A stretch of 32,000 bases of DNA from Natronospirillum operosum (GTDB taxonomy: Bacteria; Pseudomonadota; Gammaproteobacteria; Pseudomonadales; Natronospirillaceae). Positions 31,892 through 32,000 of the stretch are shown here, piece by piece (position 1 is the first letter of the stretch; every line of letters starts with the position of its first letter). The position numbers were made by a program, and so were the translations under genes. Location: NCBI RefSeq assembly GCF_004768465.1, contig NZ_SRMF01000002.1, positions 520,401-552,400 on the forward strand. Reading direction: 5' to 3'. The notes beneath the pieces were generated by a model. That model did not search any database. It was not told the DNA's origin and saw nothing but the letters and a program-made list of their open reading frames with translations.

Positions 31892-32000
31892 ATGGAACTC
31901 GGTCTGCCGATTGACAGTGCCACAGCACTGCAGTTCATCCTGGTCATGCTGGCGGCCTTGCTGGCCGGACTGGCTGGCGGTTTGTCCGGCTTTGGCGGCG
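31892..32000 (+). CDS. Start of a TauE/SafE (TSUP)-like membrane permease; truncated by the window edge
   Basis: MELGLPIDSATALQFILVMLAALLAGLAGGLSGFGG matches the hydrophobic N-terminus plus G-rich motif typical of TSUP proteins. AAGGA lies upstream. Only 36 codons are visible. Confidence 0.5.
   Translation, partial: MELGLPIDSATALQFILVMLAALLAGLAGGLSGFGG

Noticed and set aside
1-32000. Search for mobile-element or defence signatures: transposase, integrase, terminal inverted repeats, att-like direct repeats, CRISPR repeats, toxin-antitoxin pairs, restriction-modification or nuclease/ATPase genes.
   Set aside because: I found none. Every substantial ORF is accounted for by metabolic, transport or regulatory functions, and no repeated spacer-repeat pattern is present. 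The recombinase-like HTH in the 101-aa protein is only a short motif, with no catalytic recombinase domain.

Overview
This is a high-GC (about 60-65% by eye), almost fully coding, proteobacterial-type segment with about 33 CDS. I found no rRNA, tRNA, CRISPR array, transposase, integrase or recognisable defence genes. It reads as a catabolic and uptake island made of several small modules, each with its own regulator and its own short, sharply AT-rich promoter island.

Modules, left to right:
1. An 8-gene minus-strand operon (1-7432): IclR regulator, two-domain VOC/extradiol dioxygenase, cupin, alpha/beta hydrolase, atypical SDR, aspartate-dehydrogenase-like protein, aldehyde dehydrogenase and a ThDP enzyme that is truncated at the window edge.
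2. A flavin monooxygenase followed by a DctPQM TRAP transporter (7581-11641).
3. A divergent TauD/TfdA dioxygenase and LysR pair (11928-13772).
4. A TAXI-type TRAP transporter (13708-16658).
5. Rieske ferredoxin, an unknown 101-aa protein, an alpha-only Rieske oxygenase and an SDR (16995-19439), with a GntR regulator and a divergent MFS exporter (19577-21813).
6. tctCBA followed by an amidase-signature enzyme and a 64-aa GatC-like protein (22120-27030), with a HutC-type GntR regulator (27214-27945).
7. An AbrB-family membrane protein and an unrecognisable protein (27942-29496).
8. An SDR lacking the catalytic Ser and Tyr, an MmgE/PrpD-family protein and the start of a TauE/SafE-like permease (29601-32000).

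Best candidates for undescribed biology:
- The Rieske module, which has a translationally coupled small protein and no reductase.
- The ring-cleavage-like operon, which embeds an aspartate-dehydrogenase-like, ThDP enzyme and ALDH trio.
- The AtzE/AtzG-like heteromeric amidase hard-wired to a TTT importer.
- A promoter architecture repeated at five operon heads: near-consensus -35, 16-17 bp GC-rich spacer, then an AT-rich block. Three of the five share a TGTTTCA-ATAT box.

All functional calls come from motif recognition by eye in the supplied translations. No database search was possible.
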